Assembly: GCA_903824855.1 (NCBI GenBank) | Contig: CAIJYI010000041.1 | Coordinates: 27,159-91,158, forward strand | From: an uncultured bacterium | GTDB taxonomy: Bacteria > Patescibacteriota > Minisyncoccia > Phycocordibacterales > CAIJYI01 | Length of the DNA stretch: 64,000 nt | Direction: 5' to 3' | Part shown: positions 1 to 9,258 of the stretch, piece after piece | How the letters are laid out: each line of letters begins with the position of its first letter | Numbering within the stretch: the first letter of the stretch is position 1 | The notes under the pieces: generated by a model | Database searches by the model: none | Told to the model about the DNA's origin: nothing | Seen by the model: the letters and a program-made list of their open reading frames with translations, nothing else | Translations under genes and position numbers: made by a program

Positions 1-177
1 GAATTGGCAATTAGGGACTCAGAATCTAAAATTGCCGAATTGGAAGCGCAGTTTACCACGCTCGGAAAAAGCGTTGATGTGAATTTCGCTAAAGATATGG
101 GGTATCAAGAAATCTCCAAAATCGATTACGTCTCACGTTCTCCTGTCTTAACGATGCTCGACGGCCATGTCAGATAA
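1..177 (+). CDS. 3' end (58 codons + TAA) of an upstream gene cut by the window edge; product unknown
   Basis: Frame 1 is open from position 1 to TAA at 175-177 (...SRSPVLTMLDGHVR*). It overlaps the ftsI ATG by 11 nt. Its position upstream of ftsI would fit an FtsL-like gene, but no motif supports that. Confidence 0.3.
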   Translation, partial: ELAIRDSESKIAELEAQFTTLGKSVDVNFAKDMGYQEISKIDYVSRSPVLTMLDGHVR

Positions 178-1891
178 ATCATACGGGCATAAAAGAATTT
201 GGTTTCTCTATTTTTGTATTATTCTCGTAGCTTCCATACTGATTGGGAGGCTATATGTTTTGCAAATTGTTAAAGGAAATGACTTTCGCGATCAAGCGGA
301 AGGTCAATACAAAAAACCGACAAGTCAGTTTGATCGTAATGATATTTATTTTACTGAAAAGAACGGTAATCTTGTGTCGGCAGCGACGGTGCGAACCGGA
401 TATATTCTTGAACTGAATCCGAAAATGATTAAGGACGCAAATTCGGCTTACAATAAATTATCCGAGGTTATTGTTCTTGATAAAACAAATTTTCTGGAAA
501 AAGCAACGAAGAAAAATGATTCATCAGAAATTATCGCGCATCGCATGGAACAGTCTGTTGCCAATAAAATTCAATCACTAAAAATACCGGGTGTTTTTGT
601 TTCTCCTGAACATTGGAGATATTATCCGAGCGGAACACTTGCCGCTCACCTTATTGGTTTTGTGGGATATGAGGAGGATGGAATAACCTTATCGGGCCGA
701 TATGGACTCGAAAGTTATTATGACACAATCTTGAGCAAAAATTCGGGAAATTCAGAACGCAATTTTTTCGCCGAAGTATTTTCTTCTGCGACCTCGGTAA
801 TTGATCCGGCAGAAAAGGCAAAGGGAGATATCGCGCTCACTATCGAACCGACGGTTCAATCGGAGTTAGAGAAACAATTACGAGATATTAAAACAAAATA
901 TAATAGTGGTGATGTCGGCGGAATTATAATCAATCCAAAAACCGGTGAAATCTACGCGATGGAAACGGTTCCGACCTATGACCCGAATGATACGTCAAAA
1001 GAGAAAACCCTCTCAGTTTTTAATGACGCTCTCGTGGGAAGTCGGTATGAAATGGGATCTGTCGTTAAAGCTTTGGTAATGGCCGCGGGAATCGATACGG
1101 GAAAAGTAACGGCGAAAATGACATACAACGATAACCTCGGTTATATTATCGCAGACGGCTATAAAGTTTATAACTACGACCTTCGTGGACGCGGAAATAA
1201 TATTCCGATGCAAGAGATTCTCAATCAATCATTGAATACCGGAATGGTTTTTGTAATGAAACAAATGGGGAAGCCGAATCTTGAAAAATATTTGACTGCT
1301 TACGGGCTCGGAGATCAGACAACTATCGATTTACCGTCAGAAATTTCCGGGGATTTGAAAAATCTTGAAGCCGGAAAAAATCGCACTGTTGAGTATGCCA
1401 CAGCTTCGTTCGGGCAGGGAATTTCCGTGACACCAATCGCCATTGCTCGCGCGCTCTGTTCTCTTGGAAATGGCGGGTTGCTCATCGATCCGCATCTTCG
1501 AGCAAAAACAATTCTTCCTGCCGGAATCGCAAAACCATTTACCATTGCAGAAGGAACTCGTGTACTCAAACAGAGTACTTCCAAAGAAATTACGCGTATG
1601 TTGGTGGAGGTTGTCGACAAGGCTCTTTTAGGTGGTACGGTGAAAATGGATCATTATTCAATCGCGGCAAAAACAGGTACAGCTCAAATTTCCATGAATG
1701 GAAAATATTCCGCCGATCAATATCTACATTCCTTTTTCGGTTATTTCCCGGCCTATGACCCAAAGTTTCTCGTCTTTCTTTATGTGGTAAATCCACGAGG
1801 GGAAGCATACGCTTCTCATACCCTGACCGCTCCATTTATGAATCTAACAAAGTTCTTACTCTCCTATTACGAGGTACCGCCGGATAGATAG
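167..1891 (+). CDS. ftsI: Penicillin-binding protein 2 / FtsI-type peptidoglycan transpeptidase
   Basis: 574 aa with an N-terminal TM anchor. Transpeptidase motifs are present: SxxK (GSVVKAL), SxN (SLN) and KTG (AAKTGTAQ). Located immediately upstream of murF. Confidence 0.85.
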   Translation: MSDKSYGHKRIWFLYFCIILVASILIGRLYVLQIVKGNDFRDQAEGQYKKPTSQFDRNDIYFTEKNGNLVSAATVRTGYILELNPKMIKDANSAYNKLSEVIVLDKTNFLEKATKKNDSSEIIAHRMEQSVANKIQSLKIPGVFVSPEHWRYYPSGTLAAHLIGFVGYEEDGITLSGRYGLESYYDTILSKNSGNSERNFFAEVFSSATSVIDPAEKAKGDIALTIEPTVQSELEKQLRDIKTKYNSGDVGGIIINPKTGEIYAMETVPTYDPNDTSKEKTLSVFNDALVGSRYEMGSVVKALVMAAGIDTGKVTAKMTYNDNLGYIIADGYKVYNYDLRGRGNNIPMQEILNQSLNTGMVFVMKQMGKPNLEKYLTAYGLGDQTTIDLPSEISGDLKNLEAGKNRTVEYATASFGQGISVTPIAIARALCSLGNGGLLIDPHLRAKTILPAGIAKPFTIAEGTRVLKQSTSKEITRMLVEVVDKALLGGTVKMDHYSIAAKTGTAQISMNGKYSADQYLHSFFGYFPAYDPKFLVFLYVVNPRGEAYASHTLTAPFMNLTKFLLSYYEVPPDR

Positions 1892-1922
1892 AAAAAAGTA
1901 TCGTAAATGGTGAAAATTGAAA

Positions 1923-1951
1923 TTCAATGAAAGCTGTTTTTGTGCTATAAT
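1923..1951 (+). promoter_or_regulatory. sigma70-like promoter with extended -10 (TGcTATAAT at 1943-1951; weak -35 TTCAAT, 17-nt spacer) upstream of murF
   Basis: Sequence match only. Confidence 0.35.
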
Positions 1952-2003
1952 GGCCATACAGGGCTCTTGTCTGTGATAATCCGTTAAAATCTCTCAAATA
2001 ATT

Positions 2004-3326
2004 ATGAAAAATTTCGCAAAAAAAATAATTACCGCTATTCTGGTTGCTGAAGCTTCGGCGGTTTTGAAAAAATATAAACCAAAAATTGTTGCCGTCATAG
2101 GAAGTGTCGGAAAGACATCGACGAAGGATGCAATATATTCTGTTTTTTCCCGCGAATTTTTTGTGCGTAAAAGCGAAAAAAGTTTTAACTCCGAAATCGG
2201 AATTCCTCTTACGGTGCTTGGCTGTGGAAACGGTTGGAATAATCCAATTATTTGGATTCAGAATATTTGGAGTGGTTTAATGCTTCTCATCGGCGATAAA
2301 AAATATCCCGAATGGCTCATCTTGGAAATCGGTGTTGATAGACCGGGAGATATGAAAAATGCCACCAAATGGATTCATCCTGATATCCTCGTAGTAACTC
2401 GTTTCGCTGATGTTCCCGTTCATGTAGAATATTTTGCATCACCCGAAGCGATTATCGCCGAAAAAAGTTTAATGGTCGGATCTCTCAAAAAAGAAGGCAC
2501 GCTTGTTTTGAATGCTGATGATGAGAAGGTTCTCGCTCTTAAATCAAAATGGAAAGGGAAAATAAAAACTTACGGCTTCAAAGAAGAAACAGATATTACC
2601 GGTTCTCATGTTTCAATTATGTACGGCGAAGATGATTTGGAAAGAAAATCTCCGACCGGAATAATGATTCGTCTTGATGTCGGCGAAACCAGTATCCCCG
2701 CTCGTATTTACGGCTCACTCGGTAAAGCCATGAGTTATTCAGCGATGGCGACCACCGCTGCGAGTATTTCTGCCGGTATTAATCTCGTAAAAATAACCGA
2801 AGGACTTTCTGAAATCATACCACCTCAAGGAAGAATGCGGTTGATTCCCGGAATAAAAAATTCAATCATTCTTGATGATTCCTACAACGCTTCACCCGTC
2901 GCAATGGCTTCCGCACTTGAAACATTAAAAGAAGTGAAATCATATGGAAAGAAATATGCCGTCTTGGGAGACATGCTTGAACTCGGAAAATATTCCACGG
3001 AAGAACACAAAAAAGTCGGAGCACTCGCCAAAGAATCCTGTGATGTACTTTTGACGGTAGGAATTCGCGCTCGTGCCATTGCCGACGGCGCTCTCGACGC
3101 TTTTATGAGCGAAGACAACATCTATCAATTTGAATCATCACGTGAAGCAGGGAAATATCTGGAAAAATTAATCGGCGATGGAGATATTATTTTAATCAAA
3201 GGTTCTCAAGGATCCGGCTCAAACAGTATTCGCATGGAAAGAGCCGTAGAAGAAATAATGGCCGAACCGGAAAAGAAATCCGAACTTTTAGTAAGACAAG
3301 GCGAAGAATGGGAGAAGAGGGCGTAG
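2004..3326 (+). CDS. murF: Mur ligase, UDP-MurNAc-tripeptide--D-Ala-D-Ala ligase (MurF-type)
   Basis: 440 aa. P-loop GSVGKTST is present. The C-terminal DDSYNASP motif is the MurF variant (MurE has DYAHTPD instead). Follows ftsI as in dcw clusters. Confidence 0.75.
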   Translation: MKNFAKKIITAILVAEASAVLKKYKPKIVAVIGSVGKTSTKDAIYSVFSREFFVRKSEKSFNSEIGIPLTVLGCGNGWNNPIIWIQNIWSGLMLLIGDKKYPEWLILEIGVDRPGDMKNATKWIHPDILVVTRFADVPVHVEYFASPEAIIAEKSLMVGSLKKEGTLVLNADDEKVLALKSKWKGKIKTYGFKEETDITGSHVSIMYGEDDLERKSPTGIMIRLDVGETSIPARIYGSLGKAMSYSAMATTAASISAGINLVKITEGLSEIIPPQGRMRLIPGIKNSIILDDSYNASPVAMASALETLKEVKSYGKKYAVLGDMLELGKYSTEEHKKVGALAKESCDVLLTVGIRARAIADGALDAFMSEDNIYQFESSREAGKYLEKLIGDGDIILIKGSQGSGSNSIRMERAVEEIMAEPEKKSELLVRQGEEWEKRA

Positions 3327-3359
3327 CTTTAAGCTTTCACTTTTAGGGTAAGATATTTT

Positions 3360-3387
3360 TTGCTTTTTTATAAAAATATGCTATATT
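3360..3387 (+). promoter_or_regulatory. Putative promoter for tRNA-Glu (extended -10 TGcTATATT at 3379-3387; -35-like TTGCTT)
   Basis: Sequence match; lies 73 nt upstream of the tRNA. Confidence 0.3.
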
Positions 3388-3429
3388 CATAAAGTTCATC
3401 AAGTTATAAAGTTCATCAAGTTCATCAAG
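3386..3429 (+). repeat. Tandem 9-nt minisatellite (AAGTTCATC / AAGTTATAA units, about 4.5 copies) in the tRNA-Glu leader
   Basis: Direct reading. The same unit family recurs at 20161-20199 (inside alaS) and, as reverse complement, at 55878-55922. Confidence 0.8.
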
Positions 3430-3459
3430 CCCGAACGCATGGCAAACTTTATTACCCCG

Positions 3460-3531
3460 GGCCCTATCGTCTAACGGTTAGGACGAAAGCTTCTCAAGCT
3501 TTAAATCAGAGTTCGATTCTCTGTAGGGTCA
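3460..3531 (+). tRNA. tRNA-Glu (anticodon CUC)
   Basis: Hand-folded cloverleaf. The 7-bp acceptor GGCCCTA/TAGGGTC has one G-T pair. D-stem is GTCT/GGAC. Anticodon stem AAAGC/GCTTT carries loop TTCTCAA, giving CTC. T-arm is CAGAG-TTCGATT-CTCTG, discriminator A. No CCA is encoded. Confidence 0.8.
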
Positions 3532-3555
3532 CAAAACGCAAAATAAATAAAAATT

Positions 3556-3602
3556 TGGGGGTCGTTCCGCCTTGTTGGCGGTGCGACCCCCAATTTTTTA
3601 TT
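3556..3602 (+). terminator. Rho-independent terminator downstream of tRNA-Glu
   Basis: GC-rich hairpin GGGGGTCG...CGACCCCC with an inner CCGCC/GGCGG stem, followed by AATTTTTTATTTATTTT. Confidence 0.75.
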
Positions 3603-3609
3603 TATTTTA

Positions 3610-3640
3610 GAAAAGCAAACTGCTTTGCTTTTCGGCGTTT
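3610..3640 (+). terminator. Second perfect 10-bp hairpin (GAAAAGCAAA-CTGC-TTTGCTTTTC) followed by GGCGTTTTG
   Basis: Direct reading. Could be a back-up terminator or the 5' element of a non-coding RNA. Confidence 0.4.
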
Positions 3641-3885
3641 TGTGAGGCCGGAGCCATGTCCTATCAAGGACAGGCGAGGCGAGGTCAACAAGCTCTTAGT
3701 AGAATTGGAGCGAAGCGAACAATTATACTTAGTGACTTGCGACCACCCCGTGACAGTATGCGAAGCATTCAATTCAAACCCGCCCGTTGCATTATTAGCC
3801 AGTTCAACAAGTAAGTGAACACTTTGACATAATTAAGTAAATCATATACTGTAGGCCACAGGTCTAAATCGTTTAAACCACATCA

Positions 3886-4248
3886 TTGGAGGACATAACG
3901 ATGGGTACTTCTAAAGAAGAAACACTAAAGAAATTAATTCGCAAATTCGGCTTGCCGGAAACGTCAACATGGGAAGATATTAGCGATTATAGCCGATCAT
4001 GGGAAGATATTCGCAATCGCAATCAATCACCAAAAAAATTTTGGAGAGATGGCGTACCGATGTTTCTTGCTGGCCTGTTTATTTTTTTAGCTGGCTTTCT
4101 TACATTATCCCCTCCGGGGTTTTATGGATTCGGTCGTGAACTTATAAATGCAGGTTATGGAATTTTTCCGCTGGTATTTTTGATTTCTGTAATCGCAGCA
4201 GTGGGAGGCGCCATAATGATGCTTGCTTCTTCCTGTAATACGGAATAA
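3886..4248 (+). CDS. Small membrane protein (hypothetical)
   Basis: 120 aa. Two C-terminal hydrophobic helices and an internal duplicated peptide TWEDISDYSRSWEDIRNR. No recognisable domain. Confidence 0.5.
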   Translation: MEDITMGTSKEETLKKLIRKFGLPETSTWEDISDYSRSWEDIRNRNQSPKKFWRDGVPMFLAGLFIFLAGFLTLSPPGFYGFGRELINAGYGIFPLVFLISVIAAVGGAIMMLASSCNTE

Positions 4249-4338
4249 AAAAACTCACAGAAACTCGCTCGGCTTTAAGCAGGGCGATTTTTTTTACATT
4301 CTTTTTGAGTCTGTCTTTCTGTATGTTATGATATATTT

Positions 4339-4671
4339 ATGTCACTTATTTCACCAAACGAACTAAAAAAGCTTATCTCTGAAAATCCCGGGCTTACCAT
4401 TATTGATATCCGTTCGCCTGAGGAAATCTCTTCCGGGGTAATTCCGAATTCGAAATGGATGGATGTAACATCAAAAAGTTTTATGAACGATGTTTCTTTA
4501 TTGCCGAAAGATAAGACTTACTGCGTGTACTGCGCCTCGGGCGGTCGTTCCTCTATGGTTGTGCCTTTTATGGAAATGAACGGTTTTACAAAAGTCTACG
4601 AACTTGAAGGGGGGATTATGGCTTGGGAAAATGACGGAAATACACTGGTGTTGCCAAAAGAAGATAAATGA
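4339..4671 (+). CDS. Rhodanese-domain sulfurtransferase
   Basis: 110 aa. Active-site loop CVYCASGGRS typical of single-domain rhodaneses (GlpE/PspE-like). Confidence 0.75.
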   Translation: MSLISPNELKKLISENPGLTIIDIRSPEEISSGVIPNSKWMDVTSKSFMNDVSLLPKDKTYCVYCASGGRSSMVVPFMEMNGFTKVYELEGGIMAWENDGNTLVLPKEDK

Positions 4672-4884
4672 AATTTCAGTTTAATTTCGGAATGACTAAC
4701 CGAAATGCGCGGGAATATGTCGAGAACGTTACCACTTTATTTATGAGAAATGCGCCATCATAATGGCGTATTTTTTTGTAAGTTATACACAGTAGAATTA
4801 TTGAAAAAAGTCTTTTATTGTTACAATTAAATGGTAATAAAATTATCGAAATAACACCATGAGGTGTTATTAATTGTTGAATTT

Positions 4885-7800
4885 ATGAAATATAAATTTT
4901 TTAAAAAAATATTTGGTCTGGGTGATGGAAATATTACATTTCTTAGTTTTTGTGAAAGACCCCATCTGTTTTTAAAAAATAAATTCAAAATTTATAGTAC
5001 TTGGCACAAGAATTCCTACTCGGATGTTGTTCATGGTGCGCTACTCGTCGCCTTCATTGTCCTTGTCGCTATAATTAGTTTATTCAGTATTGGTTTATTA
5101 CCGATATCTGCGGCGGTTGTTAATTATTATGTTGACCCATCGGGGACAGACGATAGCTCTCACGGATTAGGAACGGGTACCGATGCTTTTAATACTATTC
5201 AATACGCAATCGATTTTGCCGGTTCTAATTCCATCATAAACATTGCTCCGGGGACATACACGGAAAGAATTTCTATTAATAAATCTCTCAGTCTTGTTGG
5301 TGCAAGTAAAGACACTACAAACATTGTCGGAGTTACCGGTTACGATTCCGTTATTGCCGTTTCTTCTACCGGTTCGGAAGGTTCTCCTCTTTTAATTAAA
5401 AACTTAACGATTGATGCGAACAACAATCCTTTTGGGGCAGACACCTGGGAGAGTGGTATTTATGCGGATGCTTCTAATTATATCACGGTTGAAAATGTTA
5501 ATGTCATTAATTTTAAAGCGGACGGTATCCTTCTTTCAAATGACTCAAACAATAATACGGTAAAAAAGAGCACGATTACCGGATCGACGGACGGATGTAT
5601 TGCCGGTGTAAATATTGATGGAAATTCCGGAGAAAATTTAATCGGTGGCTACGACATCAGCGACGGCAATACGATATCTGTACAGACGGCAGGAATCGGT
5701 AATCTAAATGTTGTTTATCTCTCAGGTACTAATGATAAAAGTAACACGATTCAACACAACACACTGAATGGCGGAGTGCAGGCTTTTCAACAAGATAGTT
5801 TTTCGACGGGTCAAACAACGGTCGCCGATAATGTGCGTGATAGCGTAGCAAGTCCAACTCATGGAGGAATAAGGTTTGATGGCGGCAACGGAATAATACT
5901 TCGAAATACGATTAGAAGTTCCTCACAACCGATTGAATTTTTTGGAAATAATACATTTATTGAGGCAAATCATTTGGACGGAGCGACATCTCACGCAATA
6001 TATTTAGGAGCTTATACCGGTACCGCGACGATAGATTACAATACTATTTATGACATTAACGGAGGAGATGCTATTCGAGCCGTATCCGGAGGTACTTATT
6101 TGAAAATTGATGATAATACCATTTACAATATTTCCGGCGCAGGTATTTATCTTGAGGCTGGAGCAAAAAATGCTGATATCAGGAGTAATGATATACATGA
6201 TATTGCCGAGACCGGATATGCGGCTGTTGTAGTCTATGGTGAGGGGGCGACAATTTATGATAATATGATCCACCATAATCAGAGTGGCGGTTTGGCAGTG
6301 TACGCACAAACAACCAAAGTGGAAAGCAATCGTTTTTTGGATGGCGCTTGGGGAATTATTCTAGGAGCCGTCGGAGCGAATTTTGATATACGTTCAAATA
6401 GTTTTGAGGGTAACGATCCTGGTTCTCTGACCGCACACCGTAATCTTTCACTGACTGCAGGTAGTGCGACCGCAATGTATAACTGGTGGGGAAGTGCCGA
6501 TTTGGAAACTATACAGCAAGGAGTAACAGACGGTGTAACTATACTTCCTTATTATACGAACGCATCAGCGACAGCACTCGCTAGCGCTAAAGCAATTACC
6601 GCTTTTAGTATTCCCGGTCAAGTTGGGCTAACCGTGTTGAATGAAGGAAACCATACTATCAAAGTAACAATGCCGAGCGGAACGGACGTGACGAATCTAT
6701 CTCCCGTAGTCACCTATTCTGTCGCGGCAACAGTGAGTCCTGATTCTTTGGTGCCAACTAATTTTACCAGCCCGGTTACTTATAGGGTCACTTCGGCTGA
6801 TTTAGTCACTGTTCAAGATTATCTCGTCACAATAATTGTTCTTTCGAGTTCTCAGAATTCCCCCGACGTCGACGGTTCTATCACTCTTAATAGTACCGCT
6901 CCGCAGGGTTTGATAGTGAACCCGACACAACCATTGAATGTTACTGTTTCGAGCGGAACAATAAATCCATCTCTTGATGTAAGCGAGTTCATTGGGAGTG
7001 ACGGCACGGGAACCCTTCCTTCAATAACAATACTTTCTTTAAATGCGGATAACACTGAAATAACAATTCCCGCATCCACTATTGTAACATCAGCCAGTAC
7101 TACATGGGATGGAGTAATGTCAGTACCGACAAACGTCACGAATATAACTTTGCCTGAGACCTCGGGGCAAACAAAAACTTTGGTGTCCGCCATTGAGTTT
7201 GGCTTTAGCGGAGCAAAACTCTCTTTCGATAAATCAGTTAAAATATTATTCCCGGGGCAAGCTGATAAAAGAGTCGGGTATCTTCGAACAGGGGAAAGTT
7301 TTACTGAAATTGTAGATAGCTGTGTTTCCGTGAGTGATCAAGTTGCCATTAATGCCGACTTGGTGGGAAGTAAAGAAGATTGTAAAATTAATTCCGGTGC
7401 AGATTTGGTTGTGTGGACAAAACATTTCACAACCTTCGCCGTCTACACACAGACGCAACAGGTTACACAAATTATTAGTGGTGGTGGTGGAGCCGTGGTT
7501 ATTGTCCCTTCGACTCGAACTACCTTGCCGATTGTGAATCCAAACACTATCACAACCACTGCGCCCACTGTCGGTGTCGCGGTTCAGATACCTGAGGAGT
7601 CTTCAGTACAAATTCCCGTCACCACGACAGTTACATCCTCGATTACTGCGGGAACGGTAACGACGACACCTTCTTTGGTTGAAAACATTGCATCTCTGGG
7701 AACTAAATTATTTGATATTATCTTTACTCTCCAAAATGCTCTATTAAACAAATCGAGCAGTTTGGTTGCGATGACTCAGTTTACCAGTTTTGGTACGGTG

Positions 7801-8109
7801 CCAACTTCGGTTTTAATGAAATATCAAATTGTCGATTCGAAAAATGTCCCCGTCTATTCTTCAAAGGAATCCGTCACTGTTGAAACTGAACGATTGGTAA
7901 CGAAAAAATTTGAGAATCTTAATCTTCCAAACGGAAAATACACGCTCGTTCTTTCAACGAGCTATGGTAATAATGTGAATGATGAATTTAAGCAGGTATT
8001 TGAAGTTAAGGGGGCTTCTACTTCATGGAGTGTGTGGATAGGTTTAACTCTCCTTTTTGTAGGTATCTTTTGTTTAATATTTTCTATATTTGTCAAACGA
8101 AAAGCATAA
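4885..8109 (+). CDS. Giant cell-surface protein with right-handed parallel beta-helix (pectate-lyase-like) repeats and a C-terminal TM anchor
   Basis: The track ORF starts at GTG 4864; the first ATG is 4885. It has an N-terminal TM/signal segment and long stretches of degenerate Asn/Gly/Ile beta-helix repeats with Thr/Ser-rich regions. The C-terminal hydrophobic anchor is WSVWIGLTLLFVGIFCLIFSIF followed by KRKA. Confidence 0.7.
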   Translation: MKYKFFKKIFGLGDGNITFLSFCERPHLFLKNKFKIYSTWHKNSYSDVVHGALLVAFIVLVAIISLFSIGLLPISAAVVNYYVDPSGTDDSSHGLGTGTDAFNTIQYAIDFAGSNSIINIAPGTYTERISINKSLSLVGASKDTTNIVGVTGYDSVIAVSSTGSEGSPLLIKNLTIDANNNPFGADTWESGIYADASNYITVENVNVINFKADGILLSNDSNNNTVKKSTITGSTDGCIAGVNIDGNSGENLIGGYDISDGNTISVQTAGIGNLNVVYLSGTNDKSNTIQHNTLNGGVQAFQQDSFSTGQTTVADNVRDSVASPTHGGIRFDGGNGIILRNTIRSSSQPIEFFGNNTFIEANHLDGATSHAIYLGAYTGTATIDYNTIYDINGGDAIRAVSGGTYLKIDDNTIYNISGAGIYLEAGAKNADIRSNDIHDIAETGYAAVVVYGEGATIYDNMIHHNQSGGLAVYAQTTKVESNRFLDGAWGIILGAVGANFDIRSNSFEGNDPGSLTAHRNLSLTAGSATAMYNWWGSADLETIQQGVTDGVTILPYYTNASATALASAKAITAFSIPGQVGLTVLNEGNHTIKVTMPSGTDVTNLSPVVTYSVAATVSPDSLVPTNFTSPVTYRVTSADLVTVQDYLVTIIVLSSSQNSPDVDGSITLNSTAPQGLIVNPTQPLNVTVSSGTINPSLDVSEFIGSDGTGTLPSITILSLNADNTEITIPASTIVTSASTTWDGVMSVPTNVTNITLPETSGQTKTLVSAIEFGFSGAKLSFDKSVKILFPGQADKRVGYLRTGESFTEIVDSCVSVSDQVAINADLVGSKEDCKINSGADLVVWTKHFTTFAVYTQTQQVTQIISGGGGAVVIVPSTRTTLPIVNPNTITTTAPTVGVAVQIPEESSVQIPVTTTVTSSITAGTVTTTPSLVENIASLGTKLFDIIFTLQNALLNKSSSLVAMTQFTSFGTVPTSVLMKYQIVDSKNVPVYSSKESVTVETERLVTKKFENLNLPNGKYTLVLSTSYGNNVNDEFKQVFEVKGASTSWSVWIGLTLLFVGIFCLIFSIFVKRKA

Positions 8110-8149
8110 CTCATTTATTTAATCTCAAAAACTTCTAAATATACATTAT

Positions 8150-9202
8150 ATGAACAAACTACGAATCAAAACCGACGCAAAAATTTTAATCTGTTTTCTC
8201 TCCATTATCCTCCTTTGTTTTATACAGATGGGAGTTACCTATTTATATCAAGGTGGCGTCTTAAAAAATATCACAAATCTGGAAGGAGTGGAAAACTCAC
8301 TGCAAGTTCTTGCCATATCGAAAAATGGTGACGACCATGTACTCGATGAAACTATTTATTTTTCAATTCTTTACGCCGAGAAAGGTGATTATGAGATGGT
8401 AAATAGCTACAAATCAAAATATGATCAATTATTGGCTGAAAGTAAGATTCGTTTTGAAAAAGGAAGTATTGCCTCTCTCTTGAAACAGAGCCATAGAACG
8501 GCGAAGGATAAACAACTGACAGAGCTGTATATACAAAATATCGCTTCAGCAGAAACCGGTATGAGAGTAATTGTTACGGATGCGTGGACTGCTTTACAAA
8601 ATAAGGATATTCAAAAAGCCAATGCTTTAATCACAAGTTCAGATTATAAAAAATATCATGAGGAAATGCATCTCAATATTGATAATTGGATAGAACTGGA
8701 AACATCGAATCTTGATGTTCTCCGAAATATTGTTTTTACACAATTACAAAACTCAATTTCTTTCACTCTTGTATATTTTATTATGATGCTGGCGGTTTTG
8801 CTTTTTGTTCTTTTCGCCGTCCGAACCTTTGTTGCAGAGCGAGATAGATTTTATGAATTAATTTATAATACTTCACAAGATGCGATGATGACGCTGGAAG
8901 GGCCGGACTGGAAGTTTACATCGGGGAATCCAATGGCTTTAAGGCTATTTAATGTCAAAGACAAAAATGAATTTATGTCTCTCAGTCTCGTTGATTTATC
9001 ACCGGAGAAACAGGAAGATGGACAGCTTTCAAGTGAAAAGGCAAAGATGATGATTGAAAGAGGAATGAAAGAAGGAAGAATTTCTTTCCGCTGGTTGCAT
9101 AAAGAATTTAACGGAAATAATTTTCATGCCGATGTATTGATGAGCAGAATTGATGAAAAAGGAAAGTCATATCTGCAGGCAATCGTAAGAAAAATGGATT
9201 AG
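8150..9202 (+). CDS. Membrane sensor protein with a C-terminal PAS-like domain and no output domain
   Basis: 350 aa: N-terminal TM, extracytoplasmic segment, second TM (TLVYFIMMLAVLLFVLFAV), then a ~110-aa PAS-like fold (YNTSQDAMMTLEGPDW...RWLHKEFNGNNFHADV). No kinase or GGDEF domain is present. Confidence 0.5.
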   Translation: MNKLRIKTDAKILICFLSIILLCFIQMGVTYLYQGGVLKNITNLEGVENSLQVLAISKNGDDHVLDETIYFSILYAEKGDYEMVNSYKSKYDQLLAESKIRFEKGSIASLLKQSHRTAKDKQLTELYIQNIASAETGMRVIVTDAWTALQNKDIQKANALITSSDYKKYHEEMHLNIDNWIELETSNLDVLRNIVFTQLQNSISFTLVYFIMMLAVLLFVLFAVRTFVAERDRFYELIYNTSQDAMMTLEGPDWKFTSGNPMALRLFNVKDKNEFMSLSLVDLSPEKQEDGQLSSEKAKMMIERGMKEGRISFRWLHKEFNGNNFHADVLMSRIDEKGKSYLQAIVRKMD

Positions 9203-9258
9203 GAAATTTAGATTTTTAAAAAACCGGCGCCAAAATGTCAGTCATAAAAGTAATGTAA

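Noticed and set aside
3555-3818. 87-aa ORF from the six-frame track
   Set aside because: It starts inside the tRNA-Glu terminator hairpin. It has Cys/Arg/Pro-rich, improbable composition, no RBS and no homolog pattern. The region is more likely non-coding RNA or spacer.
3600-3885. tmRNA, SRP RNA or RNase P RNA in the GC-rich spacer
   Set aside because: The signature motifs are all absent. No tmRNA tRNA-like ends (GGGGCUG...UCCACCA), no SRP domain IV (GGAAGCAGCC) and no RNase P P4 consensus (AGGAAAGUCCGGGC) were found on reading.
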